This document shows, one piece after another, positions 46,795 through 57,169 of a stretch of DNA of 64,000 bases (within the stretch, counting starts at the first letter, position 1; each line of letters begins with the position of its first letter). This DNA is from a virus: positions 11,160 through 75,159 of the IMG/VR virus record IMGVR_UViG_3300017917_003742. One strand, 5' to 3'. Below the pieces are notes generated by a model that made no database searches, was not told where the DNA came from, and was given only the letters and a program-made list of their open reading frames with translations. The position numbers and the translations under genes are program-made.

Positions 46795-47830
46795 ATTCGT
46801 TTTTACATTCAGGCTTAGTGCCTACAACTTTATCGTTTGTTGGGTCTGTGTTTTCATTTGAAACATTATTGTCATACATTGGTCGTCCATTCATATCAAC
46901 AATGTATGTCACAGGTTCTCCGTTTGGCCCTTCGTTCATGCTTATTTCAAAACCTTCAACTTCATATTTTGCAAGCTCCTGAATACAGAAAAACTTGTTT
47001 ATTAATCGCAAAGAGTCGCCCGCGAGTGACAAAACCGCTGCCAATGCTCCTTCGACTGCATCAGAATTTCTTTTGCCGTTGAAAACGTCCATTGAGTAGT
47101 TATGACCGTGTGCTATTGGCCTTTCACTTGAATATGAAGGATGCATAAAGGACATGTTGTTTCCTTTTGGCATAGAGCGTAATCTCATAGAGTTTAAGAA
47201 ATTATTTGCATTATCCATCAATCCAAAAACGGATGCTGCCATTTTTAATTGAGTATTTTTATTCATTCTACTGTTTGTGTCCAAGCAGTTTACTCCGTCC
47301 ATGTTCGGCCATTTCATCGGATCAATTGATGTTTGGTTTTGTGCTATGCTTGCAAAACTTCCAACGTCTTCGCTAGTTTGTTGAAAATACGGAAAACTGT
47401 ATATGTTATTCTGAATATACATATTAATGGCTGGGTGCATTTTTTGTGCCTTATTCAAAAACTCTCGCAAAAGAGGAGTTGGCATAATCGCACAAGTTTG
47501 GGGATGAGTTTTACCAACTGCACTAGGAGGCATTTGGTTTACTGCATTATTAACACTCGCTGCTCCATACAAATTTTGTGTTGTTTGATTTTTAATCTTT
47601 TGTCCATTTCCAAGTTTTCCACCAACAAACGAAGAGAATTTTGTCAACTCCGTTGAACTACCTGTCCAAGGACCATGATATTCAGCAATCATCTGAACTG
47701 CACGGTCTAAAGGCATTTCGCTTGTTTCTAAGGAAAGGCGTAAATCGTCAAATATTGTTCCATTTTTTCTTTTTCCTGTTGGTGTGGAATAAAGAGATTT
47801 GCGAAAATTTTCTGTTACAACTTGAGACAT
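46787..47830 (-). CDS. Hypothetical virion/baseplate protein
   Basis: Inside the baseplate module; late box 6 nt upstream. Confidence 0.65.
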   Translation of the reverse strand: MSQVVTENFRKSLYSTPTGKRKNGTIFDDLRLSLETSEMPLDRAVQMIAEYHGPWTGSSTELTKFSSFVGGKLGNGQKIKNQTTQNLYGAASVNNAVNQMPPSAVGKTHPQTCAIMPTPLLREFLNKAQKMHPAINMYIQNNIYSFPYFQQTSEDVGSFASIAQNQTSIDPMKWPNMDGVNCLDTNSRMNKNTQLKMAASVFGLMDNANNFLNSMRLRSMPKGNNMSFMHPSYSSERPIAHGHNYSMDVFNGKRNSDAVEGALAAVLSLAGDSLRLINKFFCIQELAKYEVEGFEISMNEGPNGEPVTYIVDMNGRPMYDNNVSNENTDPTNDKVVGTKPECKNEFD

Positions 47831-47855
47831 ATCTAGTATTTACAGTCAGAAATGG

Positions 47856-49424
47856 TTAAGGTTTTATAATTAACACATCATCTGACTCAAATCTGGTTAT
47901 TTCTTTGTATGTATGAGTTTTAACACCAATCAAATCGGTGGTATAGTTTCTAGTTCTGTTATCAAAATAATGAACAACATTAGTTACAAAATATTGACCT
48001 TCTAATTTATGGTCATATTCTTTATCATTTAAATTTTGTTTAGACAATCCAAAAAATCTTCCTGTTTGACGTAGAGTTAATCCTCTTGTTGAGAAATTTA
48101 TAGCAAGATTTGAGAAAAGATAATATTGTAATAATTTATTTCGTCCTTCTGCTAAACGTGTAACTTCCTCTTTAGCAACCGTGACAATTGTTTTGGTATT
48201 TAAAGAATCTCTAATAAATGGAGTAAAAACAAGTCGGTCATTGTTCTCTTTTGTAAGAACATTATCTCGGATAGTTTTTTTGAAAAATGTTTTATATTGT
48301 TCTGCACTATGATTTTTATTCTCTTCACAAAATTGCCCACACGAAGAATTGTAAGAAACGACTCGATAATTTGTTAAATTTTTTGAGTAGTCTGAACCGT
48401 TCAAATCTACTAAACGATAGTTATAAATGATGTTATATTCATCAGCTTTTATTTCATTTTCTGATTCAGCAGAACCTAAAGGAGCTTTTATAAGAGGAGG
48501 AGTCTTTTCTGTATCAGAAAATTCTTTGAGAAAGAAATGCTCAATTTGATATTCTTTAGGAGTGTTTTGTTCGTTTCCTGCTTTTTCAAAATATTTTGAT
48601 ATAGGCTTGAGTGAAAATTGTTTTGGACTCATACTCTTCTCTGCTCTTTCAAATTTAAAAATACAAGGTTCGTTATTATAAACATCTGATGCTGTTGTAT
48701 AATGAAGCATGTATTCTAAATTATCTATAAACTTAGCATTAACAGGAGAAGAATAATTCATTGTATTCTTTTCACTACCAGAGTCCCACTCTTCTTTATT
48801 ATTTGTTAATTTAGAATACTTTTCAAAATCAGGGTCTTTTCTCAATAATTCAGCAATTGCTTCTGTGCATACAAGAGAGCGTTCAGTGTTATCAACCTGA
48901 GATATATTAGTTTTGTTAGAATTTTTACCAACGGTTGAAGTTGAAAAATCCGAATCCTTTTCAGTCATCATTTGGTAAACCTTTTCCCAAAAATAAAGTT
49001 TTTTCTTCTTGTCTGTTATTGATGTGCTGGGCAAATCTTGAACTTCGTAAACTACAGTTTCTACCTCAAGACGCCATTTCTTATCATCTAATAAAAAATT
49101 AGGCAGTCCTTGCATATTAACATCTTTTGGTTTTATAGAAATGAAAAGAGTATCTCGACCATCATTACGAAATTTATATATGATATTATTTTTATCCTGT
49201 TTAACTGATTTTTGAGTTTCCTCACTTTCTTTTTCTAAAGATTCGTAAGGAGTGTTTATAACAATACTTCCTTTGATTTTCCAATCAAAAATATCTTCTT
49301 CTAAAATAAGATTATCCCAAGAGACGTTATTTAGATATACATCGTTGACTCCGTTATAAAGTCTAACTGTGCATTCATAATCTTGCCCGTTAAAGGTGTA
49401 ATCGCTATTTTGTTCTGCGCTCAT
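47856..49424 (-). CDS. Baseplate hub protein (gp27-like)
   Basis: L.LEEDIF.W..KG at the N-terminus; G...RQ.G.F...L.GQYFVTNVVH at the C-terminus. Confidence 0.6.
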   Translation of the reverse strand: MSAEQNSDYTFNGQDYECTVRLYNGVNDVYLNNVSWDNLILEEDIFDWKIKGSIVINTPYESLEKESEETQKSVKQDKNNIIYKFRNDGRDTLFISIKPKDVNMQGLPNFLLDDKKWRLEVETVVYEVQDLPSTSITDKKKKLYFWEKVYQMMTEKDSDFSTSTVGKNSNKTNISQVDNTERSLVCTEAIAELLRKDPDFEKYSKLTNNKEEWDSGSEKNTMNYSSPVNAKFIDNLEYMLHYTTASDVYNNEPCIFKFERAEKSMSPKQFSLKPISKYFEKAGNEQNTPKEYQIEHFFLKEFSDTEKTPPLIKAPLGSAESENEIKADEYNIIYNYRLVDLNGSDYSKNLTNYRVVSYNSSCGQFCEENKNHSAEQYKTFFKKTIRDNVLTKENNDRLVFTPFIRDSLNTKTIVTVAKEEVTRLAEGRNKLLQYYLFSNLAINFSTRGLTLRQTGRFFGLSKQNLNDKEYDHKLEGQYFVTNVVHYFDNRTRNYTTDLIGVKTHTYKEITRFESDDVLIIKP

Positions 49425-49747
49425 TAAGAATTATTTATTTGTGAAACTATTTGTGTGACAGCAGCAGTTTTTAAAATTTTAACTCTTTCTCCAGAAATTA
49501 CATCAAAAGGATTTTGCTTTTTATTTGCAACAAGAATTATCCACCATAAACGGGGAGTTCCATAATATTTGTTTGATAACTCATACCATGAACGAAAATC
49601 ATACGCTGTATCATAACTATAAAGTGTAGGGTCAATATCTCCTTCAATATTAACAAGATTGAAAAAATTATAAAATTCGTATCCATCACTTGTTGTATAA
49701 GTGTTGAATATGTTTGCATAGTCGTATGAATTAAGTGGTTCGCTCAT
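49424..49747 (-). CDS. gp53: Baseplate wedge protein gp53 (LysM-like)
   Basis: LS.KYYGTPRLWWIIL.AN...NPF....G..VKI. Confidence 0.85.
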   Translation of the reverse strand: MSEPLNSYDYANIFNTYTTSDGYEFYNFFNLVNIEGDIDPTLYSYDTAYDFRSWYELSNKYYGTPRLWWIILVANKKQNPFDVISGERVKILKTAAVTQIVSQINNS

Positions 49748-49748
49748 A

Positions 49749-50864
49749 TTATCTTGGTGGTAGTCTAAATGGGTTAACGGTTAATCTTTCCGCAGTTCCA
49801 ATAGGATTGCCCATTTCTTCATCAAGCTCAAAACCTGCCTGTCGGAGAAGCTTATTAGTGTCGTTGTTTTCAAATCCTTCGCTTAATGCTTGTTGGAAAA
49901 GATCGGCAAATCTTTGTGCTTTTCTTACATCACTAATTGCTTCAACTTTGCCACCTTTTTCAAGATCGCTCATAAGATTTCTAGTTGGCATTAATAGTGC
50001 GGTGAATGTTATGGATATTCTGTAAGCTTCGGGGACAGTTCTTTTTCCGCCATCAACTACCATTGTTCTAGTATTTCCTAAATTTGTAATATTTAAGGAA
50101 GACACGTAACATGCAGGAAATTGAACAACGTCAGGAATTTTAAGAGAATATATTACTGGAGGGTCAACTATTGCAAAATTTCTTCTAGAAGGAGTATTCT
50201 GGTAAGAGAATAAATGACAAAATCTTCTGTTATTTTCCACTTCGTCCCAAGTTCCTGTGTTAAAAAGATCAAAAGTAACTTCGATGGTTTCTGTTCCTGT
50301 TCCTGTCCATGATTGAGGATTTTCAAAATTTATAGCACCAGGAAGCATGGTGTTTGCGATGGCTATTGCTGCACCACCAAATTCTTTACCACTGCTTATA
50401 CTAGCTGCTATTCCTGCGCCCACGCCTTTTGCAGCGCCGAACGCCTTTATCTCTCTGCCTAATTGTAAAAGTCCTGTGAACGGACTTTCTTCTGAGCCAA
50501 AAGTATTTGTTCTGGCTAATTTCTTAGGATTAAAATATGGTAAAATATAAGTGAATCCTGTAGCTTCGGCAAAGTATTTGTATTTGTAAACTTCTAAAGG
50601 ATCATCTGGTTCAGTGAAAGCTTTTGTGCCTTCTCTTTCAATTCGTGTGAATACGCGACCATAATATGCCAAGGCTGCTATTAATTGACCTGTGGTTTGT
50701 TGATATTCTTTAAGCTCAACATAAGGAACATCGTTATCATCAGGCAATATAGGCGAAAGAGTCCATGCCATATTTTCAATGACATTTATATCACCATTTC
50801 CTACAGGTTTGTAAAACTTACTGTTTTTATCGGATAGTGTATACTGAATTTTGAAGCCTGCCAT
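49749..50864 (-). CDS. Baseplate/tail-tube cap or initiator (gp48-like)
   Basis: F.L.NT, PPVIY...IP, ..I...G..R, PEAY.I.I.F tube-fold pattern; upstream of gp53. Confidence 0.5.
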   Translation of the reverse strand: MAGFKIQYTLSDKNSKFYKPVGNGDINVIENMAWTLSPILPDDNDVPYVELKEYQQTTGQLIAALAYYGRVFTRIEREGTKAFTEPDDPLEVYKYKYFAEATGFTYILPYFNPKKLARTNTFGSEESPFTGLLQLGREIKAFGAAKGVGAGIAASISSGKEFGGAAIAIANTMLPGAINFENPQSWTGTGTETIEVTFDLFNTGTWDEVENNRRFCHLFSYQNTPSRRNFAIVDPPVIYSLKIPDVVQFPACYVSSLNITNLGNTRTMVVDGGKRTVPEAYRISITFTALLMPTRNLMSDLEKGGKVEAISDVRKAQRFADLFQQALSEGFENNDTNKLLRQAGFELDEEMGNPIGTAERLTVNPFRLPPR

Positions 50865-50872
50865 AGAAATAT

Positions 50873-53086
50873 TTATCTAACAGATTTATTAGCTCTTTCA
50901 CGGAAATCTGCGATAGGATCACTTCCACCAAGAATGATTGGTTGTTTTCCAGAATTTGCAGCAACAGCTTGCGCAACAGATGCACTGCCTTGAATTGTGG
51001 TGTTAGCAATAAGTTGTGTTCCTTGAGCAAATACGGAAATTAATGCATCAAGTTTTTCGTTCATTTCTTTGAATGCTTCATCAAATGGACCGCCCCGTTT
51101 TGCCATAACCACATCATCCGATGATGACGGAATTACAACTTTACTATTAGACACGCGAGCATCGTTAACTTTTTGAGGCATGTCCCAACGAGTTGTACTA
51201 TTCTGAGAGGGAAAGTTTTTAGCATTAGCAACTGGATTATATTCAACAGGTTTTTTACCTTTTTCAAGGTTTTCGTCCAGTTTTTCCTTTTCACCAGTGA
51301 ACCAATTCCATATACCTTTGGCCCAATTAACAGGATTTAATGCGGATAATATATCACCTATGAGTCCTAAGAACCAGTCTACTCCACTCATTAATTTATT
51401 ATATACAGATGAAAACCAATCATTTATTTTAGTTTTAGGTGTAGCTTTTCCGTTTTTTCCTTCACGGTCTAAGAATGCATTTAATACATCTAATCCAATA
51501 GATATTGCAGTGCCAATACCGGGAAAGAATGATGCTATACCAGAACCTATGCTGATAAGACCACCAGCTATGTCGCCTTTTTTAAATCGGTCATATGCAT
51601 CTTTGAAAGAGATAAGACCTCCAATTAAAGGAATCTTTTTTGCTATGTTTTTAAACATTGCTCCAACAAGTTTAAAAATGGAACCACCGCCTAATTTCAT
51701 AAAAGACCCTACAAATTTAAAAGTTCCTCCGCCAGAAAATATACCAGAAACAAACTTAAGTAATTGTTGCGGAATTATACCAATTTTCGGTAAAAAGGAT
51801 TTGAATACGGTTGTAAATTTAGATAATGCTGTTGCAGAAGAATTTTTAACTACAGTAAAATAATTTGAAATTACTTTCAAAGGTGCTGTTAAAGAACCAA
51901 ACATTTTTGTTCCAATATCAGAAAAAACCTTTCCTATAAATTCAATAGGTTTTGTGAATAATGGCTTTAATATTGCAGTCACTTTAGAGAATGCACTAAG
52001 AGTAAATTTATCAGAAATTGTGAAAAATAGTTTCTTCACACCATAATATATACCTTTTGTTAAAAGAACTGCCAATCCTTCATTTTCTTTTCCAAGTTTT
52101 TCTTTTAATCCGAAAAAGTTGAATGTTTGTTTTAAGAAATACTTTGGTAAGTCGTAGAAAAGTGCGTGTAATCCCTCCATTGAATAATCAAATAATTTCT
52201 CTAAGAAAGGTTTTAACATTTTTATAAATGCGTTTTTCATATTACCAAAAGCATTGCCGATAGCTTTACCCATTGGTGTATCTAAGAACTTAGAAAGAAA
52301 TCCTATTCCTGCCAATAATGCAACTGTTCCAATGATACCTTTGATAATTTTGCCAACAATAGACCCTTCTTCTTTGTCTTTATCTTTTTGATCTACTATA
52401 TTATTAACAGTTCCCGCCTTTTTTAATACATTTGATAAAAACGATTTAATAGCCGAATCTATACCAACGATATTAACATCTACAACAGAATTTTTACCTC
52501 TAGTAGATTTTGTATTATTCGTATTTCCTAACACTGTGTTTATTTTTCGTGTTAATGCATTCATGTTTTTGATGTTGTTTATGAACGTATTCATAACACC
52601 AACTTTTATAGAATCACGAAAGTCGCGCATTCTTGTTAATAGACTATCTAATGTCTTTTTAAATCCTGTTAAGCTTGGAAATGTTATACCTGAAATCTTC
52701 GGTAATGAAAAACTAGATATTTTATTAGAGAAATCTTGAATACTTTGATCCAAAGATTGAAACGATGGAAACGCCATGCCTGATAAATTATTAGAGAAAT
52801 CAGAAACACTATTATCTAATGCTGTGAATGTTTTTATCTTTAATTGCTTGTTCAAGTCTTTTACCTTATCTGTTAATTTCTCAACGAAATCATTTAATTT
52901 TTTAGTATTCTTGTTAAAATCTTTTAATCTTTCACCAAAATTTTTAAGTGGACCATCATTAAGATTAAGAGGCGAAGTTTTATTTTCAAATAAACTTGTT
53001 AATTTATTCGCTAAATAATTTCCTCCTTTTCCTTGTTGTGCCAAGTAAGCTTCTAATGCATCCACAAAATTTTCGATTTTCGCCAT
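50873..53086 (-). CDS. Tape-measure-like / baseplate hub (gp29-like) protein
   Basis: 737 aa, amphipathic helical, KKIPLIG.LIS...A..RF..GD..G, PGIGTAIS motifs. Confidence 0.6.
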   Translation of the reverse strand: MAKIENFVDALEAYLAQQGKGGNYLANKLTSLFENKTSPLNLNDGPLKNFGERLKDFNKNTKKLNDFVEKLTDKVKDLNKQLKIKTFTALDNSVSDFSNNLSGMAFPSFQSLDQSIQDFSNKISSFSLPKISGITFPSLTGFKKTLDSLLTRMRDFRDSIKVGVMNTFINNIKNMNALTRKINTVLGNTNNTKSTRGKNSVVDVNIVGIDSAIKSFLSNVLKKAGTVNNIVDQKDKDKEEGSIVGKIIKGIIGTVALLAGIGFLSKFLDTPMGKAIGNAFGNMKNAFIKMLKPFLEKLFDYSMEGLHALFYDLPKYFLKQTFNFFGLKEKLGKENEGLAVLLTKGIYYGVKKLFFTISDKFTLSAFSKVTAILKPLFTKPIEFIGKVFSDIGTKMFGSLTAPLKVISNYFTVVKNSSATALSKFTTVFKSFLPKIGIIPQQLLKFVSGIFSGGGTFKFVGSFMKLGGGSIFKLVGAMFKNIAKKIPLIGGLISFKDAYDRFKKGDIAGGLISIGSGIASFFPGIGTAISIGLDVLNAFLDREGKNGKATPKTKINDWFSSVYNKLMSGVDWFLGLIGDILSALNPVNWAKGIWNWFTGEKEKLDENLEKGKKPVEYNPVANAKNFPSQNSTTRWDMPQKVNDARVSNSKVVIPSSSDDVVMAKRGGPFDEAFKEMNEKLDALISVFAQGTQLIANTTIQGSASVAQAVAANSGKQPIILGGSDPIADFRERANKSVR

Positions 53087-53092
53087 TTTAAG

Positions 53093-53108
53093 TATTTATT
53101 AGTAAGTA
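53093..53108. promoter_or_regulatory. Divergent late promoters (TAAATA on minus, TAAGTA on plus), each 6 nt from its ATG
   Basis: A 28-nt intergenic gap holds both boxes and nothing else. Confidence 0.75.
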
Positions 53109-53114
53109 TGGTAT

Positions 53115-53678
53115 ATGCGTAATTATAGTTACATCTACGAGTCGGCACAACTTGAAAATTTTGAAAGACAAATCCTTTCAGGTTACTTAACAGAAGCAAA
53201 GCTTATTGAAATGTATGAAAACAATCAGCTTTCAGAAGAACAAGAGAAAGTTGTTGAAGAACTTTTTGGTGGTCTTGGAAACATTGGTCGTGCGATTGGC
53301 GGTGGTCTTAAGAGTGCAGGTCAAGCTGTTGGAAATCAAGCAAGAAAAGTTGGAAATGCTGCTGCCGCAGGAGCAAAACAGATCGGCCAAAACGTGTCAG
53401 ATATTTATCAAACTGGAGAAGCACAAGCTGCTGCTAACAAAAGAGTCGCACAGTTGAGCAATCAAGTTAAAATTCTTGAACAACTTTTGGCACAACACGT
53501 TTCTGCAAGTCCAAATTCTTCTCTTGCTGGCAAGAATTTAGATAATATCACACTTGGTCAACTTAAGGCTGCTCTTGCTACAAAAGCTGCAATGGCATCT
53601 GGTGCCGCATCTGGTGCAAGACAGCAAGGTTTCACTGGTGGTCTTGGCGGAGCAATGGCTCAAGGTTACAACGCCTAA
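53115..53678 (+). CDS. Ala/Gly-rich late protein (candidate internal or ejected head protein)
   Basis: Acidic N-terminal part followed by an EELFGGLG.. Gly/Ala-rich helical region. Confidence 0.65.
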   Translation: MRNYSYIYESAQLENFERQILSGYLTEAKLIEMYENNQLSEEQEKVVEELFGGLGNIGRAIGGGLKSAGQAVGNQARKVGNAAAAGAKQIGQNVSDIYQTGEAQAAANKRVAQLSNQVKILEQLLAQHVSASPNSSLAGKNLDNITLGQLKAALATKAAMASGAASGARQQGFTGGLGGAMAQGYNA

Positions 53679-53698
53679 TATAAAAGAAAATCTGAAAT

Positions 53699-53733
53699 AA
53701 AAAACCCGGTTTTTAAACCGGGTTTTTCTTTTT
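53699..53733. terminator. Bidirectional rho-independent terminator
   Basis: AAAAACCCGGTTT-TT-AAACCGGGTTTTT between convergent genes. Confidence 0.88.
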
Positions 53734-54541
53734 ATGTAAATATGTTTGCGTTTAGTTCAATTTGTCCTTTATAAACCTCTCCTTCAATTTCTTTTTCCAG
53801 TGTTAATATTTTAGAAATCTGTTTGCCGAAACTCTTATCAATAGTTTCAATAATACCAGACACTACTGTTCCAGAAAGAGATTCAACTATTGCTGTTCTT
53901 TCTGCGATTGAAAGACTTAAAAGATTAATTTCTTGATCTTTAATTTTTATAGATTTGATATACTGTGTGATTTCACTGATGAAAAGAGGAGCAAAAAGTT
54001 CTTTGAGTGCAGCACGATCATTCTCATCAATCTTTTTGATTTTACTTTGTTGGAAATAAGTGTCAAAAAGATACTCTTGTTCTATGCTTGGAAATCCTAC
54101 TGTAATCTCGTATGCTCCATTCTTATAAATTTCGTCCGAGAATGATAGTTTTTGTTTTTTGATTTTATTTAAAAATTGTTCTAAATCAACGTCTTCTGAA
54201 ACAGCTTTATCGTCCTTTTTAAAATCAACACTAATTGAATTTTTAACATTCTTTTTTCGGAGTTGCAACAAGATGAAAATCTTATCAAGCGTTGTTATTT
54301 TAGAAAGAGGAATAGAAGAATCGCAAATATCTCTGATAATTGAAAAAACGCTTTGATTGAAATAGTTATTGGCGAAGATTCCTTCAACGGATGTTTTAAT
54401 AATAGATTTTAAGTGAGACGCATTCATTGGTTTAAAATGAACATCTTTATTGAGTGATGGAACGTAAACGTCCATTTCAAAATCTTTATTTGTTTCTTTT
54501 ACTAAACCAATAATATCGTTAATGTTTAAAGTTTCTGACAT
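53732..54541 (-). CDS. gp26: Baseplate hub assembly protein gp26-like
   Basis: VPS....V.FKP....K, T.LDK.FILLQLR, ..FPS..E. Confidence 0.7.
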   Translation of the reverse strand: MSETLNINDIIGLVKETNKDFEMDVYVPSLNKDVHFKPMNASHLKSIIKTSVEGIFANNYFNQSVFSIIRDICDSSIPLSKITTLDKIFILLQLRKKNVKNSISVDFKKDDKAVSEDVDLEQFLNKIKKQKLSFSDEIYKNGAYEITVGFPSIEQEYLFDTYFQQSKIKKIDENDRAALKELFAPLFISEITQYIKSIKIKDQEINLLSLSIAERTAIVESLSGTVVSGIIETIDKSFGKQISKILTLEKEIEGEVYKGQIELNANIFT

Positions 54542-54578
54542 ATAATAGATTTATCTCTCAGTGCAAGTTTTTTCAAGT

Positions 54579-55535
54579 TTAAAGAAACTCACTTGGAGAT
54601 TCTTGCATTCCTTTTGTCTGATTTCTATATTGTTCAAAAAAGTCCATTTCTTTTGGCTGTTGAGGCTCTGACTGCTTGTTACTATCTTCGATCATTTTAC
54701 TCAATATCTTTAATTCATGAGGTGATATATTTTCGTAGAAACGAAAATCAAAATGAGAATTTGTTGATAGATTAGCATATCGCACAAGAACATTCAAGGG
54801 TGATTCATCACTGAATAATATTCTGATAAGATCATTTATATTATTAATGTCTAAATTAATCTGAAAGTCGTTTTTACATTTTTCGTTTTTACAAACATTA
54901 TTCAAAAACATAACATTTAGTAGATTAGAATTTATCACGTTTAGATAATTCTCTCTTATATAATTCATAATTGGAAACGGCAGAGTTTCACATATTTTTA
55001 TTTTTTCAAACTCTTCAAAATTTTCTAAATTTATAACCTTATCTCCTATTGTTAAAATTTTTATAAATGAATACAAATAAAAATCTAATTTTTTGTTTAT
55101 ATCAATTTTATCAGACTCATTATTGTCAGTTTCTTTAATAGATGGTATATCGCAAAAAATGCGTGTGTTATTAAAAATAAACTCACGACCAAACGATTTA
55201 TCAATAAAAGGAGCCAACTTATCAATGGTATAGTTTAGGTCAACTGAGATATTTGTTTTCTCACCACACTTATCACACACTCGAATCAGTGACAGTTTTT
55301 CTCCGCATGATCTAATTTTTAATTGTAAAAATATTACAAATTTATCTATGATTGTAAAATCCGAAAGATTGTATTCTGAATTATATAAATTCGTTTTTAT
55401 TAAGTTATTAAGTGCAAAATTAAATTCATCATCTTCCTCTAACACTTTTAAAAGATTTCGATACTGTTCGCAATTAAGCTCAAACATTCGAACATATTTT
55501 TGTTTAGAAGGAATCCAGATTCTATAAGATGTCAT
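54579..55535 (-). CDS. gp26-like baseplate hub protein with a gp51-like C-terminal region
   Basis: IPS, IDKF.IFLQLKIRSCGE, CxxC, second C...C, ENISP.E. Confidence 0.65.
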   Translation of the reverse strand: MTSYRIWIPSKQKYVRMFELNCEQYRNLLKVLEEDDEFNFALNNLIKTNLYNSEYNLSDFTIIDKFVIFLQLKIRSCGEKLSLIRVCDKCGEKTNISVDLNYTIDKLAPFIDKSFGREFIFNNTRIFCDIPSIKETDNNESDKIDINKKLDFYLYSFIKILTIGDKVINLENFEEFEKIKICETLPFPIMNYIRENYLNVINSNLLNVMFLNNVCKNEKCKNDFQINLDINNINDLIRILFSDESPLNVLVRYANLSTNSHFDFRFYENISPHELKILSKMIEDSNKQSEPQQPKEMDFFEQYRNQTKGMQESPSEFL

Positions 55536-55573
55536 TTATATAATTTATTCCTATAAACACCGAAAAACAACTA

Positions 55574-56404
55574 TTAAGCATTTAATTGACCACTTGATGC
55601 ACTGTAAATTAATGGATCGTTTGGTCTTGGTATATACGGATCATCTCTTTCCCAATCATTGACAAAATATTTACTATATACAAATTTTGCTTGTAATTTT
55701 GGGAAATCTGTTCCTCCAGCATAATCTAATGTTTCTCCAGAAATGTTTATAGGAGCACAGTCTATGAATGTGAAGCTTTTTCTAATCTTTGATCTTTGAT
55801 CCGTTCCGACTCTTGCCAATTGATACACTGTTATTGTAGCTTTTATATTGTTTGTTGGAAGTCGAGTTGCTATTAAACCTTTATGTGCAACCAGAATAGA
55901 CCAAGGACGTAAGAATCCATCTACAAATGAACGGTTTGTATCCAAAAATCCAACTTCCAGAGGTGTGAAATTTGCACGACCATTAATAATCGGTGCATTA
56001 ATAAATCCTCTTTTGGAACCTTCTGTTATGCCTGCATATTCTAATGCAACATCTTCTCCCGGTATTACAACTCCTTGGGCAAAAATGCATCCAATAGTTC
56101 CTTGAACTTCATTGAGTGTTGTGGCTGCGGCTGTGGTATTCACATTCCATCGGTTGTCTTCGTATCTATTTTTTAGTGCAGCAATTTCATCTAAAACATA
56201 TGGTTTGTTATTAAGGTCTATAACTAAAACCCAATTAAACTTTAAAGGAATATTATAAGCCCAATTACAAATAGTTTGATGAAAATACGGTATAGTTTTT
56301 CTTGTATAATCCGCATCACCGGGAAGATACAATTGATTCTGAAATTGTTCATTTTCAGTTTTTATATCAAATTGTAAAGGTAGAGTTCCGCAATTAGATT
56401 CCAT
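55574..56404 (-). CDS. Tail-tube-fold baseplate protein (gp54-like)
   Basis: AQ.V.IPGE, L.V.FLDTN.SF....LRPW, F.F.DC.P..I....L.Y. Confidence 0.6.
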   Translation of the reverse strand: MESNCGTLPLQFDIKTENEQFQNQLYLPGDADYTRKTIPYFHQTICNWAYNIPLKFNWVLVIDLNNKPYVLDEIAALKNRYEDNRWNVNTTAAATTLNEVQGTIGCIFAQGVVIPGEDVALEYAGITEGSKRGFINAPIINGRANFTPLEVGFLDTNRSFVDGFLRPWSILVAHKGLIATRLPTNNIKATITVYQLARVGTDQRSKIRKSFTFIDCAPINISGETLDYAGGTDFPKLQAKFVYSKYFVNDWERDDPYIPRPNDPLIYSASSGQLNA

Positions 56405-56408
56405 TTAA

Positions 56409-56849
56409 TTACTTACGCTCTTTAGCAAATACAGGTTTAGTTAATTTGTAATCTGTTTTTCCAGTGGAGCCAATTTTCATGGTCCCGTCATCTCTTACAA
56501 ACTTAACTTCCATATTTCCTTGCTTGGAGTTTACTTTGCTACCGGGTTTGCGCGGATTAACTCCTTTTCGTCGTAAACGTCCTCCTAAACCTTTTGCAAT
56601 TCCTGCTTCGTCATGACCTTTTTCAGATTTGTTTCTTCCGCGAGGATTTAAGTGACTACCAACATATTGTTGGGTTTTCCCAACTTTGGTATCCTGCGAG
56701 GCAGAACGACCTGAACTTCCACGAACCTTTCTTATACGAGAAGAAGGAGGCGAAAAGAATTTATTATATCTCTGCTCGCGTCTTTTAGACTTGGCAGAGG
56801 TAAACTCTCCAATAACGGATGATACAAAGTTGTCGAAATTTTCAGTCAT
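56409..56849 (-). CDS. Highly basic late protein
   Basis: Arg/Lys/Gly-rich, 146 aa; N-terminus MTENFDNFVSSVIGE. Confidence 0.65.
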   Translation of the reverse strand: MTENFDNFVSSVIGEFTSAKSKRREQRYNKFFSPPSSRIRKVRGSSGRSASQDTKVGKTQQYVGSHLNPRGRNKSEKGHDEAGIAKGLGGRLRRKGVNPRKPGSKVNSKQGNMEVKFVRDDGTMKIGSTGKTDYKLTKPVFAKERK

Positions 56850-57124
56850 TATAGTGCGGCTCTTATAACATCGTTCCAGATTTTTTCTTTCAAAACAGGA
56901 TTTCTTGCCTCTTTCACATCTTCTGATAATTCATTAAATAAATTTCTTGCATCTTGAATCATCATAACAATATCCAATAATTGTGGGTCAACTTCTTTAT
57001 ATGATTGGTATTTAGCAGGTGGTCCAAATTGATTTTCAACATATTCTAAATTAACTGACTCTTTGTAACCAGCTAAGGCGTTCTTTTCGCATTGTTCTTT
57101 AATAAATTGGTCTAGATAATCCAT
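56849..57124 (-). CDS. Hypothetical late protein
   Basis: TAAGTA 5 nt upstream. Confidence 0.65.
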   Translation of the reverse strand: MDYLDQFIKEQCEKNALAGYKESVNLEYVENQFGPPAKYQSYKEVDPQLLDIVMMIQDARNLFNELSEDVKEARNPVLKEKIWNDVIRAAL

Positions 57125-57135
57125 AAAATTACTTA

Positions 57136-57164
57136 TTGAAACAACTCATATTCTGCTGTATAGT
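57136..57164 (+). promoter_or_regulatory. Promoter TTGAAA-N17-TATAGT, 5 nt before the primase GTG
   Basis: Read directly. Confidence 0.75.
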
Positions 57165-57169
57165 AGTTT

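Noticed and set aside
51297-53018. Long antisense ORFs opposite the tape-measure-like gene (and similar shadows elsewhere)
   Set aside because: They lie wholly inside confident genes, with no promoters or motifs; expected from codon bias.
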